In this document: one piece after another, positions 30,267 through 40,489 of the stretch
How the letters are laid out: the number at the start of each line of letters is the position of its first letter
Position numbering within the stretch: position 1 is the first letter of the stretch
Origin: an uncultured archaeon
GTDB taxonomy: Archaea > Asgardarchaeota > Lokiarchaeia > Sigyniarchaeales > SOKP01
Direction: 5' to 3'
DNA: 64,000 nucleotides
Assembly (NCBI GenBank): GCA_964493715.1
Contig: CAZBPC010000001.1
Location: 76,383 to 140,382 of the forward strand
Position numbers and translations under genes: made by a program
Notes under the pieces: generated by a model
Seen by the model: the letters and a program-made list of their open reading frames with translations, nothing else
Database searches by the model: none
Told to the model about the DNA's origin: nothing

Positions 30267-31358
30267 ATGGCGAATACAATCAAAACAGCTTTAATCGGTA
30301 TCGGTGATGTTGCAAGCGCTTTAGTACAAGGAATAGAAAATTACAAGAAAAATCCCGATAAAATCATAGGATTGTTACCTGAAATTAAACAGTATGTAGT
30401 GAGTGATATTGAATTTGTTTTAGGTATAGATGTAAACGCTAATAAAGTAGGGCATGATCTAAGTGAAGCAATATTTTGTGAACCAAATTGCAATCTTGAA
30501 TTTTATAAACCAAATTTTTTGAATGCACCTATAATTAAGGGCCCCGTTCTGGATGGGTTAAACAGCAATATAAAAAAAATAATTCCTTTAGATGATAATC
30601 AAGTGTTTTCAGATATCGTGCATGAATTAAAAGAAAGGAACGTAGACGTTGTAGTGATTCTCCTTCCAACAGGGTGTCACGAAGCTGTCAAATATTATGC
30701 TAACGCCGCTTTAGAAGCAAATGCTTGTATTATCAATGGCATGCCCTCTTATGTCGCTAAAGATCCACAGATAGTAGCCAAATCGGAAAAATTGAAACGT
30801 TCAATCATTGGAGATGATGTAAAATCTCAAATTGGAGCTACCATCATACACCGTTCATTAGCAAACCTTTTTCCCATGCGTGGAGCAATACTTGATAAAA
30901 CAATTCAATTAGATTGGGGTGGTTCTTCGGATTTCTGCAATTTACTTACTCCAAAACCAGATGGTCAATTAATATATGAAGAAGGAAAACGACAATCAAA
31001 AACTGAGTCAGTTATTTCTAGACTACCAAATAGAGATGAGATAGAATGTCAAATTTCAGCAGTAGATTACATTCCTTTTTTAAAGAATCAAAAGGAAGCA
31101 TATATGAGATTAGAAGGGAGAATTTTTGGAGGTGCTCCTGTCAGGATTGATATTACAATGTTTGTAGAGGATGGAAATAATTCGGCTGGAATAATTGCTG
31201 ACTGTATTAGAGTTTCAAAAATAGCGAAAGATCGACAAGTAGGTGGTGTTTTACAATCTGCTTGTTCCTTTTTTAACAAACATCCCCCAGAGCAATTAGA
31301 GGATCAGGAAGCTAAGAAAAGATTAATTGAATTTTTACAAGGTGAGAGAGAAAGATAA
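30267..31358 (+). CDS. ino1: myo-inositol-1-phosphate synthase
   Basis: IGIGDVASALVQG, IIGDDVKSQIGATIIHR, GG.SDF.NL, KTESV, DYIPFL, D..NSAG. Confidence 0.93.
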   Translation: MANTIKTALIGIGDVASALVQGIENYKKNPDKIIGLLPEIKQYVVSDIEFVLGIDVNANKVGHDLSEAIFCEPNCNLEFYKPNFLNAPIIKGPVLDGLNSNIKKIIPLDDNQVFSDIVHELKERNVDVVVILLPTGCHEAVKYYANAALEANACIINGMPSYVAKDPQIVAKSEKLKRSIIGDDVKSQIGATIIHRSLANLFPMRGAILDKTIQLDWGGSSDFCNLLTPKPDGQLIYEEGKRQSKTESVISRLPNRDEIECQISAVDYIPFLKNQKEAYMRLEGRIFGGAPVRIDITMFVEDGNNSAGIIADCIRVSKIAKDRQVGGVLQSACSFFNKHPPEQLEDQEAKKRLIEFLQGERER

Positions 31359-31373
31359 CCTAATTCTCTTCTA

Positions 31374-32288
31374 TTATTGACTTTTAACTTTTATTGTTCC
31401 CTTAATAAACTGTTCTCTCAATGTAATTATATTGTAAATATGATCTGCTATCAAACTAACACTTTCAGGAATGCTTCGAAAACTGGGGAAATCATTAATA
31501 TCAACAATAAACGGACCATCCTTGGTATTTATAAAATCAACCCCATAAATTGTCATGCCTAATTTACGCCCAATTCTTATAAAATTCCTTTTCAAGTTTT
31601 CATCAATCGAAGTTCTTATATGCACGAGTTCTAATGGAGATAAATTATCATCCTGCTGCAATCGATTATGTGAGGTAATTGAAACTATCCATTGTCCTAT
31701 TACGTATGCTTTATTCACAATATCATAGGCTCCGAGATATTCTTGCAAAAACAATTCACTCTCATCATGATTATTTATCAAAGCTGCGAGATCTTCTTTA
31801 GTCTTAGCTATTCCTATAATTCGTTCATTTTTAGGTAAATTCGGAATATTATGAGCGTCTAATTTGATAATAATTGCGTTTCCATTTTTTAATGTATGAT
31901 TTGCTTTTTGGATTGTATTGTATGTCTTTGGAATGTTAACTTTCTTACAATTTTCTGCAATAAATTGAAATGTTGCATTCCTGCTTTCGCAAATTTTAAC
32001 TGAATCCAATGAATTTAGAATGGGTAGATTGGGGGATACTTGTTTTATGGTATCATAGACAAGTTTATTTTCTATTTGAGTTGTAAGTTTCACGATTAAA
32101 AAAACAATGGGATACTTTTTCAAGCGTTTCTCAAAATATTTCGGATTAAAAGAATTCAATCCCGTTTTCATAAAATCGATCAGAGCAATATTATAGTTTT
32201 TGATTAAAAATGATTTGATATTTGCTAAGACCTCAATATCTCGATTGCAAATGGCCCCTATGTACACTTTTTTTAAATTATTTGCCAT
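31374..32288 (-). CDS. ATP-grasp protein, ITPK1-like inositol phosphate kinase
   Basis: LQEYL, KAYVIG, IYGVDFI and FIVDINDFPSF. Confidence 0.72.
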   Translation of the reverse strand: MANNLKKVYIGAICNRDIEVLANIKSFLIKNYNIALIDFMKTGLNSFNPKYFEKRLKKYPIVFLIVKLTTQIENKLVYDTIKQVSPNLPILNSLDSVKICESRNATFQFIAENCKKVNIPKTYNTIQKANHTLKNGNAIIIKLDAHNIPNLPKNERIIGIAKTKEDLAALINNHDESELFLQEYLGAYDIVNKAYVIGQWIVSITSHNRLQQDDNLSPLELVHIRTSIDENLKRNFIRIGRKLGMTIYGVDFINTKDGPFIVDINDFPSFRSIPESVSLIADHIYNIITLREQFIKGTIKVKSQ

Positions 32289-32538
32289 TTGAACAAAACC
32301 CTTACAGTTTAAGTTTTATTATACTAAACATAGTATATAAATATACCTTAACGTTTTCTTTATGATTTCTTCAAGAAACCTTCCTTTTTAGAATAGTGTA
32401 AGTCTAACAAGATTTTGAGAAATGCTAATAAACCTTTTTTTTTATTTCACCTATATTTATTTAAATTCTAGGGATTTATTAATAAATAGAATTAAGAAAA
32501 AGCAAGGTATTAAATTATAAGAATTTGGGATTAATTTT

Positions 32539-33357
32539 TTGATAACGCTTGGATTAATTATTGATGAATATCATTTGGAAAAAAAGGCCTTAGAATTCAT
32601 GAAATACATGCAAGATAAAGCTAAAATTAATCTCTATGTTGAAGAAAGATACTTACTTGACTTTTCAAATGTGAATTTTAAAGAAGATATATTTGTTGTT
32701 AAAGCAAAAGGGGATTTGGTTATAAATCTTGCGAAGCTAATAGATCGTGAAACCCACATTCCAATAATCAACTCACCGATGAGTATTTGGCTATGTTATA
32801 ATAGATTTCTAAATAGCACACTATTAAAGAAAATTGGTATCAGAGTTCCAGATTTTTCCTTGAATCCTATTGGAGTAGAACCTCCTTTTAAGAATTACAT
32901 TGTTAAAAATATTCGAGATCAACGAAATTATGCCTTCACTCCTTTAATCAAAGAGGAAGAGGGATTAATTAATGTTCAAGATGAAAGAGCTTTAATAGAA
33001 GCTCAAGGAGGAAAAGAAAATTATCAATATTTATATTATCAACAATTCATAAAAAGTGAATGGGAATATAAAGTATATTGTATAGGAGAGGATCTTTTTT
33101 TCTATAAACAAATCCCTGTTTTAATCAATCCAGATAAGATGAAATCGAGAAAAGAGATCAAAGAAATACCAGAACTAAGTGAGATAGCCTTCAAGGCACT
33201 AAAAGCTGTGGGTTTAAAAATTGCTTCCATAGATTTTCTTCAATCTGAAAATGGAGAATTTTACCTTACCGATATCAATTCCTCTCCAAATTTTGATTAT
33301 ATTCAGAATGGTGCCAAAAAAGTTGGTGATTACTTGATTAGAATGGCTAAAGTTTAA
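32539..33357 (+). CDS. ATP-grasp protein (RimK/ITPK1-like)
   Basis: YQQFI, YKVYCIGE, IASIDFL and YLTDINSSPNF. Confidence 0.68.
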   Translation: MITLGLIIDEYHLEKKALEFMKYMQDKAKINLYVEERYLLDFSNVNFKEDIFVVKAKGDLVINLAKLIDRETHIPIINSPMSIWLCYNRFLNSTLLKKIGIRVPDFSLNPIGVEPPFKNYIVKNIRDQRNYAFTPLIKEEEGLINVQDERALIEAQGGKENYQYLYYQQFIKSEWEYKVYCIGEDLFFYKQIPVLINPDKMKSRKEIKEIPELSEIAFKALKAVGLKIASIDFLQSENGEFYLTDINSSPNFDYIQNGAKKVGDYLIRMAKV

Positions 33358-33376
33358 ATTATGAGGTAAATATAAT

Positions 33377-34153
33377 TTGAAGATCGGAATTTTATCGAAG
33401 CGTAATAAAATGTTTACTGCTAAAATGAAGAAATATTTGGAATCAGAAGGTCATATTGTTGAATTATATACTTTAGAGAATTTAAACATAAATCAGTCTC
33501 TCCTAAAGAATGATTTTTACATACTGAAGTCTAAACACATGTTTTTCCTATATGCGGGTTATTTTTTAGATGGAAATAGGATCCCTGTAATACCAAATGT
33601 AAATCTTTCTTATAAACATAAAAATCGTATTGAAGCTCATTACTTGATAAAACAAGCAGGATTATTAGGACCAAATATTTATATGGGCATGAATGATATA
33701 TTAAAAGCCAAATTAAAGAAACAAGATTATCCTTTCATTCAAAAACCATTAATGGGTTCTGGAAGTGCAGGTATTAAACTCATTTCAAGTTCCAAGGATT
33801 TAAAATCCAAGGATGGTGGGGTTATTTATTTAGAAAAATTTATTCAAGGAATTCATTATCTTTCTTATTTCATAGGAGACAAAGTATGTGTCTTTGAAAA
33901 ACTTCCCTTATCAAATGAACACTCACAAGTAAAAGCTATAGAGAAGACTCAAGATCTAATAGATATCACTTTACAATGGAAGAATTATTATAACATGCTG
34001 TTTGGTCATTTAGATATAGTAAGAGATGAAAAAACAAACAAATTGCATGTTGTAGATCCTGGACCCTTTCCTGAATTTTCTCATTGGGATTGCAGTGTAA
34101 ATCCTGTAAAAGAGGTGTGTCAATTGATCTTAAACGAATATGCTAAGTTATAA
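33377..34153 (+). CDS. ATP-grasp protein (RimK/ITPK1-like, divergent metal-binding motif)
   Basis: PFIQKPLMGSGSAG, YLEKFI, FGHLDIV and VVDPGPFPEF. Confidence 0.65.
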   Translation: MKIGILSKRNKMFTAKMKKYLESEGHIVELYTLENLNINQSLLKNDFYILKSKHMFFLYAGYFLDGNRIPVIPNVNLSYKHKNRIEAHYLIKQAGLLGPNIYMGMNDILKAKLKKQDYPFIQKPLMGSGSAGIKLISSSKDLKSKDGGVIYLEKFIQGIHYLSYFIGDKVCVFEKLPLSNEHSQVKAIEKTQDLIDITLQWKNYYNMLFGHLDIVRDEKTNKLHVVDPGPFPEFSHWDCSVNPVKEVCQLILNEYAKL

Positions 34154-34192
34154 AGAATTAAATTAATAGTTAAAAGGATGTGGCTTGCTTAA

Positions 34193-35305
34193 TTATTCTC
34201 CTTTTTCTAACTCATCTTGTTCTTTTTCAAATTCTCCCACCTTCTGTTCAAGTGAGTCCATTGTTGTCGAAGGCAAGGGCATTTTTTCATAAATTTCAAT
34301 AAATTTCACATTATTGATCTCATCTGCCATGTTTGACTGTAGATCCATAGCTAAACCAAATTTCACGTAAGTCAGATTTTGAAATAAAAACATCTTTGGA
34401 ATATTAATTTCAAGATCTTTACTATTAGAGTCATAAGATAAGGTAAATTCAGATACATTTTCTTTGGGAATACCCTTAGAAATCATAAAGTATTCAATCT
34501 TATCATTGAAATCCTCAATTAAATCAATTACTTCTACATTATAATCAATGCTTTGTCCTGCTAATGGATGATTATAGTCAACTACAACCTTCCCTTGATC
34601 TACTCTTATTACGGTACCGCGTTGTCCCGTTCCCTTTTTTACGAAATCTTGCCCATATTCGGGATTTTTTCCATCGTTTAATTTTCTGAACTTGTTAATT
34701 CCTATACGTTCAATTTTTTGTGGATCTCTTTTTCCAAATGCTTTAATTGGGGGAATTCTTACGGATTTTTTCTCAAAAAAATTTAATTTTTCCACAGTTT
34801 CAGTAAGACCTTCATTTAAAAAACCGGGTTTTCCAACAATAACAAATTCAGGTGTATAATAACCCTGCTTTGCTTTTTCCTCTTCATAGATTCCTGATTT
34901 CTTTGCATCATCTTCAGATGAAACTCGAAAAATCGTTCCTTTTTGAGTTTTCCCAGTAATTTTTACTAATACAAAATCCCCCTTCGCAACCTTTCTGCCT
35001 TCTAATTTTTTACGCTTTGCTTCTAATTTCGCCATTTGTTCTTCAATTGCTTTTTTATCATCTATTTGATCCACTGAGGTGTCTAATTGAGACGGTTCAT
35101 CATCAGTTCCTTCTTTACTAATGCTTTCGAGTAAATTTTTAGCGTTTTCTATATACTTTTCAGCAGAAGCTTTCCCGATTCCCTTTAATTCCGATAAAAT
35201 TTCAACATTCGAAGCTGCAAGTTTTTCTACTGAATCAATTCCAGCTTCTACGAGAACATCAGCTTTTTTACCTAAACCTTTTACGTCTTCTAACTTAACG
35301 CTCAT
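34193..35305 (-). CDS. FKBP-type (long SlyD-like) peptidyl-prolyl isomerase with an N-terminal helix-hairpin-helix domain
   Basis: IPP.KAFGKRDP and VDYNHPLAG; N-terminal LEDVKGLG...LKGIGKASAEK. Confidence 0.88.
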   Translation of the reverse strand: MSVKLEDVKGLGKKADVLVEAGIDSVEKLAASNVEILSELKGIGKASAEKYIENAKNLLESISKEGTDDEPSQLDTSVDQIDDKKAIEEQMAKLEAKRKKLEGRKVAKGDFVLVKITGKTQKGTIFRVSSEDDAKKSGIYEEEKAKQGYYTPEFVIVGKPGFLNEGLTETVEKLNFFEKKSVRIPPIKAFGKRDPQKIERIGINKFRKLNDGKNPEYGQDFVKKGTGQRGTVIRVDQGKVVVDYNHPLAGQSIDYNVEVIDLIEDFNDKIEYFMISKGIPKENVSEFTLSYDSNSKDLEINIPKMFLFQNLTYVKFGLAMDLQSNMADEINNVKFIEIYEKMPLPSTTMDSLEQKVGEFEKEQDELEKGE

Positions 35306-35419
35306 TACAACTCAAATCCTTATTCAAAAATACGCGATAAAATTAATAAATAGATGAACAATGAAGTGTTCGATTGTTTTTAGACTTTTCTAATTTAGAA
35401 TTTTTAATAAAAACATTTT

Positions 35420-36529
35420 TCATGATACTGGTTTATAGAGAACATTCAAATCTTCAGCATAACGTCTAACTTCTAATAATTCTTGAGTAGTGGGTCTACG
35501 ATTAATTTCAGAATGTTTATAAGCCAAATATTCTGGCCTGTATTGACCCATAATGTTTACAACGCATTTCGGAATCTCTCTTGCTATATAATCTAATATT
35601 GGCTTCGAGCAGCATTCCACGTGATTAGGCATGACTAGGTGTCGAATTATTATTTCTCTACTTCCATAATCGTGAATTCGTTTTAAATTACGGGTTAGGA
35701 TATCATAATATTTTTCTACTCCCGAATATTTTTTAGCACATTCATTATTACCATATTTAAAATCAGGGAGCCAAAAATCAATGAAATCGATTATGAGAGC
35801 TAAAGATTTCACGGTTAAATAAAAATTCGAATTCCATAGCTGAGTAATGTTGGATCGTTGAAAATTTAGGCTTCCGATTATCGTGTGAATATTTGGAATC
35901 GGATCACCTCCTACATAGTTGATGTTTATCGCACCCTTGTTTACTAGATTCTCTGCTAAATTTGCTAAGTCTTCGACAGATACTCTCTTTGATACATCTT
36001 CAATTGATTTAGATTTCCATGATTGAGAGATATCATAATTTTGGCAAAAAACACACCCGAAATTGCATCCTTGAAAGAAAATCGTACCGCTTGGAATCAA
36101 TGGTGCTTCTTCTCCCATGTGCAAAAAAGCAGATGAAACGAATGAATCTCTTGTAATTTGACAATAACCTTTCTCATTATTTAATCTATTAGCTTTGCAT
36201 TGCCGTTCACAAAAGTTACAAGCCTCCAGATATCTCTCTGCAAGCGTTTCAGCTAATGTTAAGTAATTTTTTGGAAAAATTTGACGATCTTTTAAATTTT
36301 CAACAGGTTCTTTTAATAATTTGTTGAAGTCTACAGATAAGCTTTCTAAAATTTCCTCAAGTTCTTCAGTTGAACTATCGGTATTAAAATCGCATTGAAC
36401 ACTTTTCGCAATCAAGTAACGAGCAATTTCATTATTATCGATAATGCCACGATACCTTGAAAAACGTTGGAATATTTCTTGATATTTCCATACTTTTTCA
36501 GAATCAGATTTGAGTATCTTAAAAACCAT
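35420..36529 (-). CDS. Radical SAM protein, PflX family
   Basis: CNFCERQC, HMGEE, SGTIFFQGCNFGCVFCQN, INYVGGDP, LPDFKYGN, IIRHLVMP. Confidence 0.88.
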   Translation of the reverse strand: MVFKILKSDSEKVWKYQEIFQRFSRYRGIIDNNEIARYLIAKSVQCDFNTDSSTEELEEILESLSVDFNKLLKEPVENLKDRQIFPKNYLTLAETLAERYLEACNFCERQCKANRLNNEKGYCQITRDSFVSSAFLHMGEEAPLIPSGTIFFQGCNFGCVFCQNYDISQSWKSKSIEDVSKRVSVEDLANLAENLVNKGAININYVGGDPIPNIHTIIGSLNFQRSNITQLWNSNFYLTVKSLALIIDFIDFWLPDFKYGNNECAKKYSGVEKYYDILTRNLKRIHDYGSREIIIRHLVMPNHVECCSKPILDYIAREIPKCVVNIMGQYRPEYLAYKHSEINRRPTTQELLEVRRYAEDLNVLYKPVS

Positions 36530-36596
36530 AATTTATACTAATGTAATGTATGAAGGGATTTTTATAACAATTTTCTTTAAAAAAAGGGGAATTCAT

Positions 36597-37328
36597 TTAG
36601 GTCTCAAATGTCAACCAGCTAATTATATTTTGAAGAAACTTCAAATTATCTCCCGCATCAATCCCGAAATCAGAGTCTTCAAGTAAGAATTCAGAAGAAC
36701 CAACTGTCACGCATCTTCCTGAAAAAAAGTCAGATACAGCACAAACAGGTACTGGTCCGATTACCCCGATCTCTCCATCTTCAGAATACTTAAATTCTGC
36801 TTTTTCAGAAGTCACAATGATATCCTCCACGTCTTCTTCAGAGATAGTAAAAAAAGTGCAGTTTGGTAGAACTACTTCAGTTATTCCACTGGTTATGGGA
36901 TGATTATAAAGTTCATTAGCTATTATATTACTTCGATTTACTAAGAAATGTGAACCAGATTCCTGAATAGCGCCATTCCAAAACCGTCTTACTCCTGTCA
37001 TTTTATATAAGACTCGAATTGACCCCTTTTTCATGGGAATGTCCATGTCTCCACCTTCGCCACTTGTTAATAAAAGTGCTCCACCTTCTCCTACGTACTT
37101 TTTTATTGCTAGTAACTCATCTTGAGTGAATTTATCTGCTTTTCCCTCGGGAGTGTGTTGAACGTTTCCAATGAATAAGAGATCATAATCCTCAAGAGTT
37201 TCAAAATCAATAGGTCCTTCATTCTTATCTATATAATCGATATCATAATCTTCCTCACCTAACGCGAACTCTGGCCACTCTTCCACTCGTTCTCGATGTG
37301 AAAGGTCGATTAAAATACTATCACTCAT
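36597..37328 (-). CDS. Stand-alone GIFT (GldG/IFT52 N-terminal-like, DUF4350-like) domain protein
   Basis: ILIDLSH.E, KFTQDELLAIKKYVGEGGALLLTSGEGGD, HPIT.G, GRCVTVGS...DNLKFLQNIISWL. Confidence 0.65.
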   Translation of the reverse strand: MSDSILIDLSHRERVEEWPEFALGEEDYDIDYIDKNEGPIDFETLEDYDLLFIGNVQHTPEGKADKFTQDELLAIKKYVGEGGALLLTSGEGGDMDIPMKKGSIRVLYKMTGVRRFWNGAIQESGSHFLVNRSNIIANELYNHPITSGITEVVLPNCTFFTISEEDVEDIIVTSEKAEFKYSEDGEIGVIGPVPVCAVSDFFSGRCVTVGSSEFLLEDSDFGIDAGDNLKFLQNIISWLTFET

Positions 37329-37541
37329 TTTACTTGTACCCCACTTTGTTAAAAGTTTCGTTTAATTGAAGATATCTATAGTTTTAATAGTTGTCGATGC
37401 GATATTCTAAACAATTTAAATATGTAATAAGTAATTTCTTTTTAAATTTTACGTTAAATCAATATTTCAAAATCTTTGCTTTTAAAGTTTCTTCTTGTGA
37501 ATAAACGTGATTGATAAAATAAGATGAAGAATTAATTTTTT

Positions 37542-38225
37542 TTATTCACTTATAGGAATGAATATTCTTTCCGCTGGACCATCCTTTTTGATGATAGCGA
37601 TATCTATTCCATTTCCAGACGCCATATCTCTAATAATTGACGATGATATAGCTTTAATAATGATTTCTTTCCCTTCTTCAATAGTTAAATCATCTTTATA
37701 TTTTGCTTCTAACACTCCATATGAAAAGTTCTGCCCAGAACCCACAGCAACAAATTTATCGGGTAAAATGGATCCATAAGCGCCGATATCTAAAAGTACG
37801 GGTCCTTCTTCTTCAGTAACTCCGCCTAATATGAGTCCAACTTGATAGGGGTACATCTTGTTCTTATATAAGATATTCGATAAAATTTTACCCGCGCTTT
37901 TAACCTTAATTCTACTCTCTTTTTTGAGTTGATATAGCGTTGTTTCAGCTCGCAATACATCAATCAAGTACTGAGCATCAGCTACCCCCCCTGCTATGGT
38001 CATGTAGATATGTTCTTGGATTTTATGCAGTTTTTCGGAAGTTTTACTAGCTACAAAATAAGACATTGTAGCTCTTTTATCCGTACCTAAAATTACTGCA
38101 TCCTTACATACCAATCCAACAGTAGTTGTCCCCGTTTTAAATGACTGTGATTGAGGATTTGATTTTTCCAATCTCTCTTGAACTAATGAAGATTGAGAGG
38201 GTTCGATTAAATCTTCCTTTCTCAT
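37542..38225 (-). CDS. psmB: 20S proteasome subunit beta
   Basis: Propeptide followed by KTGTTTVG, DKRAT, AG.VADAQ, GSG and RD.ASG. Confidence 0.96.
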   Translation of the reverse strand: MRKEDLIEPSQSSLVQERLEKSNPQSQSFKTGTTTVGLVCKDAVILGTDKRATMSYFVASKTSEKLHKIQEHIYMTIAGGVADAQYLIDVLRAETTLYQLKKESRIKVKSAGKILSNILYKNKMYPYQVGLILGGVTEEEGPVLLDIGAYGSILPDKFVAVGSGQNFSYGVLEAKYKDDLTIEEGKEIIIKAISSSIIRDMASGNGIDIAIIKKDGPAERIFIPISE

Positions 38226-38352
38226 AAGAAAAAGTAAAGAAATCTGATATTAATAATTTTTTATTGTATATTATAGATGATTTCTTAAAAAATTGGATAA
38301 AATTCTTGATTACTTGATTTCTAATAAAGTAAAAATTAATTAAAAAAGTAAA

Positions 38353-39504
38353 TTATTTTACTCTTTTTTGGACAACTACATGCTCACGGAGCGGTTTTGC
38401 GTGAGGAAATATCGTTTGCACAGCTTGTTCGTTATTTGCCCAGATTGTGGTGCCTTCAATGAAGGAGATTCCAGCAGCGACGACTATTGGTTTTCCCATG
38501 TTGTGAATGGAAGAGAACATTCCTTTACCTGCATGTTGTTTCGCAATCATTACAGTGTCCACATTGCAATGCGTTAATGTTTCTCCAAGCCAAAGTTGGT
38601 ACAAATTTGGAAGTGTCATTATTAGACCAGCAATCTTATCTGTTTCTTTTTCAAAAGCGACATGCACCCACGTCACCACTTTTTCTAGATCACAAGAATT
38701 ATACGCTTCAAGGAATTCTGGAACATGAGTAATATTTCGAGGATCGATGAGTAATTCATAATATCCTGGAGGTATTTGAGCATAGTGATACATCATCTCA
38801 TCAAACCGAGACGATCCTCCCGGGGCGTCAGCTAAAATGGAATAAAATGAGTTTGCAGCGAGATCCAAAATTTCCTCCTTGCGACTAATTAATTCTTCAA
38901 GCATGAGATAACCCAAGCGATATTCAGGTCCAACAATATCCCCTTTTTCCCACGGTTTATCAATAACGTGAACGCAACTATATTTCGATTCTGATTCGTA
39001 TCCTAGTTCATTGAGAAATTCCAAAATTCGGGATTCTGGATGGTTAAAATTCACGCCATTCAGCATTGGGGCATCAAACCCTTCAGTTTGTATTCCTATT
39101 CCCCCTACTAATTTAGGATAATTAATCGGACCGCGCAACCTTCGAAGTTTATGTTCCTTGGCAAACATTTCACACTGTTCCATGAGCACGGCACAAGTTT
39201 CTAAGTCATCAGCTAATAACCATCCGAAAGTGGTTGCCTTTCTAGAATATGATCGATAATCGGGATCGATTTGGCAGATAACGAAACCGGTGGGAATGTG
39301 CTCTTTTAATACGATGAACATGCTCGCACTATTTTCCGGAGAATCGAATTTTTCTTCATAATAATCTAAGATTTCCTGTATTATCCTTGGCTTTAATCGT
39401 TCATCGGGCACGTATAAAAGTAATTCTAAAGCTTGGTGAGCGAGTGAAAACAGTTGAAAAGTGTTGATTTCTAACACGCCAATATTTTGAGCTAAAATTA
39501 TCAT
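38353..39504 (-). CDS. Tandem-GNAT acyltransferase, YghO / bacterial ceramide-synthase-like family
   Basis: TFGW, LRGPIN...G...EGFD.P....FN, LPNLYQ, HAGKG, GTTIWANN; ATG at 39504. Confidence 0.65.
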   Translation of the reverse strand: MIILAQNIGVLEINTFQLFSLAHQALELLLYVPDERLKPRIIQEILDYYEEKFDSPENSASMFIVLKEHIPTGFVICQIDPDYRSYSRKATTFGWLLADDLETCAVLMEQCEMFAKEHKLRRLRGPINYPKLVGGIGIQTEGFDAPMLNGVNFNHPESRILEFLNELGYESESKYSCVHVIDKPWEKGDIVGPEYRLGYLMLEELISRKEEILDLAANSFYSILADAPGGSSRFDEMMYHYAQIPPGYYELLIDPRNITHVPEFLEAYNSCDLEKVVTWVHVAFEKETDKIAGLIMTLPNLYQLWLGETLTHCNVDTVMIAKQHAGKGMFSSIHNMGKPIVVAAGISFIEGTTIWANNEQAVQTIFPHAKPLREHVVVQKRVK

Positions 39505-39525
39505 GTACAATCATATGCATGGATC

Positions 39526-39542
39526 TATTTAAACAAAAAAAA
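39526..39542 (-). promoter_or_regulatory. T-tract plus TATA promoter (leaderless)
   Basis: TTTTTTTTG-TTTAAATA, 22 nt before ATG 39504; the T-run could also terminate the upstream gene. Confidence 0.45.
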
Positions 39543-39547
39543 TTGAT

Positions 39548-40489
39548 TTAATAAATAAGACTATTCCTTGTTGTCTTTTTCATTAGAAAAGCAAGTAAGA
39601 CGGCAAAAAGTAAAATTCCAATTGATATCGCTTGTATTTCAATCGGCATGTAGAGAGAATTTCCTGGAGGAGGATCGTTACTTATTGGTGGATCAGAGTT
39701 ATCTAGCGTGACAACAACAATGAGATTCAAGCATGTTTCTAAGTTATCGATTAAAACCTGAATTTTATGAATACCTGGATTAATGGTTTGAAAATGAAAT
39801 GTTAGGAACAATTCATTCAAAGCTTGATCTTGATAAATGATAAAATGATTATCGACGGGATCGTCAATAAACATGTTTATAGCGGCTAAACTGTTAACTA
39901 GTGGAGTGATTAAGGCAATATTAATTGTATAGGAAAAGTTAGGATTAAGTGAAACGGAGACCTCACGTAACGATTCGCTTTGTGAGAAGCAAAAGCCATT
40001 CAAGGCAATTATTTCATCATCTTGATCAAAGAGATCCATAAAATTTACTGTTCTTTCAATTTTCAAGTGAAGATTCAAAGTGAACTGAGTAATAGCATCC
40101 ATTGTAATATTATAAGCCCCTTCAGTAACCATGCCAAGCTGAATCTCTTTAGGTTGTTGATCTACCGTTCCTTGAAAAAGGTTGTAATGATTTCCACTTG
40201 GATCAGTCAATGTCATGTTTATCTCACATTGATGAGGAGTCACGACTTCAAGAGAGAAATCATACATCCAATCCTTTTCAAAAAGTAAATCTTGAAGGAA
40301 AATCTGATCATTTGGGCTAAATACAGTATGAGTAGAATCCCAAATTAACTCTTTACTTGAAGTATTCAGATTTAAATTTTTATTTAAAACGGATTGGAAT
40401 TGAATCTGACTCATTACCAATAATATTATGATACTGCTTATCAAGATATATTCCAAATGAATCTTCCTAATGCCGTGATATTTTTTCAT
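39548..40489 (-). CDS. Membrane-anchored extracellular protein with two beta-sandwich-like repeats
   Basis: N- and C-terminal TM; repeated 'Y.....L.TP......M...DP..NH....Q'; Pro-rich linker. Confidence 0.65.
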   Translation of the reverse strand: MKKYHGIRKIHLEYILISSIIILLVMSQIQFQSVLNKNLNLNTSSKELIWDSTHTVFSPNDQIFLQDLLFEKDWMYDFSLEVVTPHQCEINMTLTDPSGNHYNLFQGTVDQQPKEIQLGMVTEGAYNITMDAITQFTLNLHLKIERTVNFMDLFDQDDEIIALNGFCFSQSESLREVSVSLNPNFSYTINIALITPLVNSLAAINMFIDDPVDNHFIIYQDQALNELFLTFHFQTINPGIHKIQVLIDNLETCLNLIVVVTLDNSDPPISNDPPPGNSLYMPIEIQAISIGILLFAVLLAFLMKKTTRNSLIY

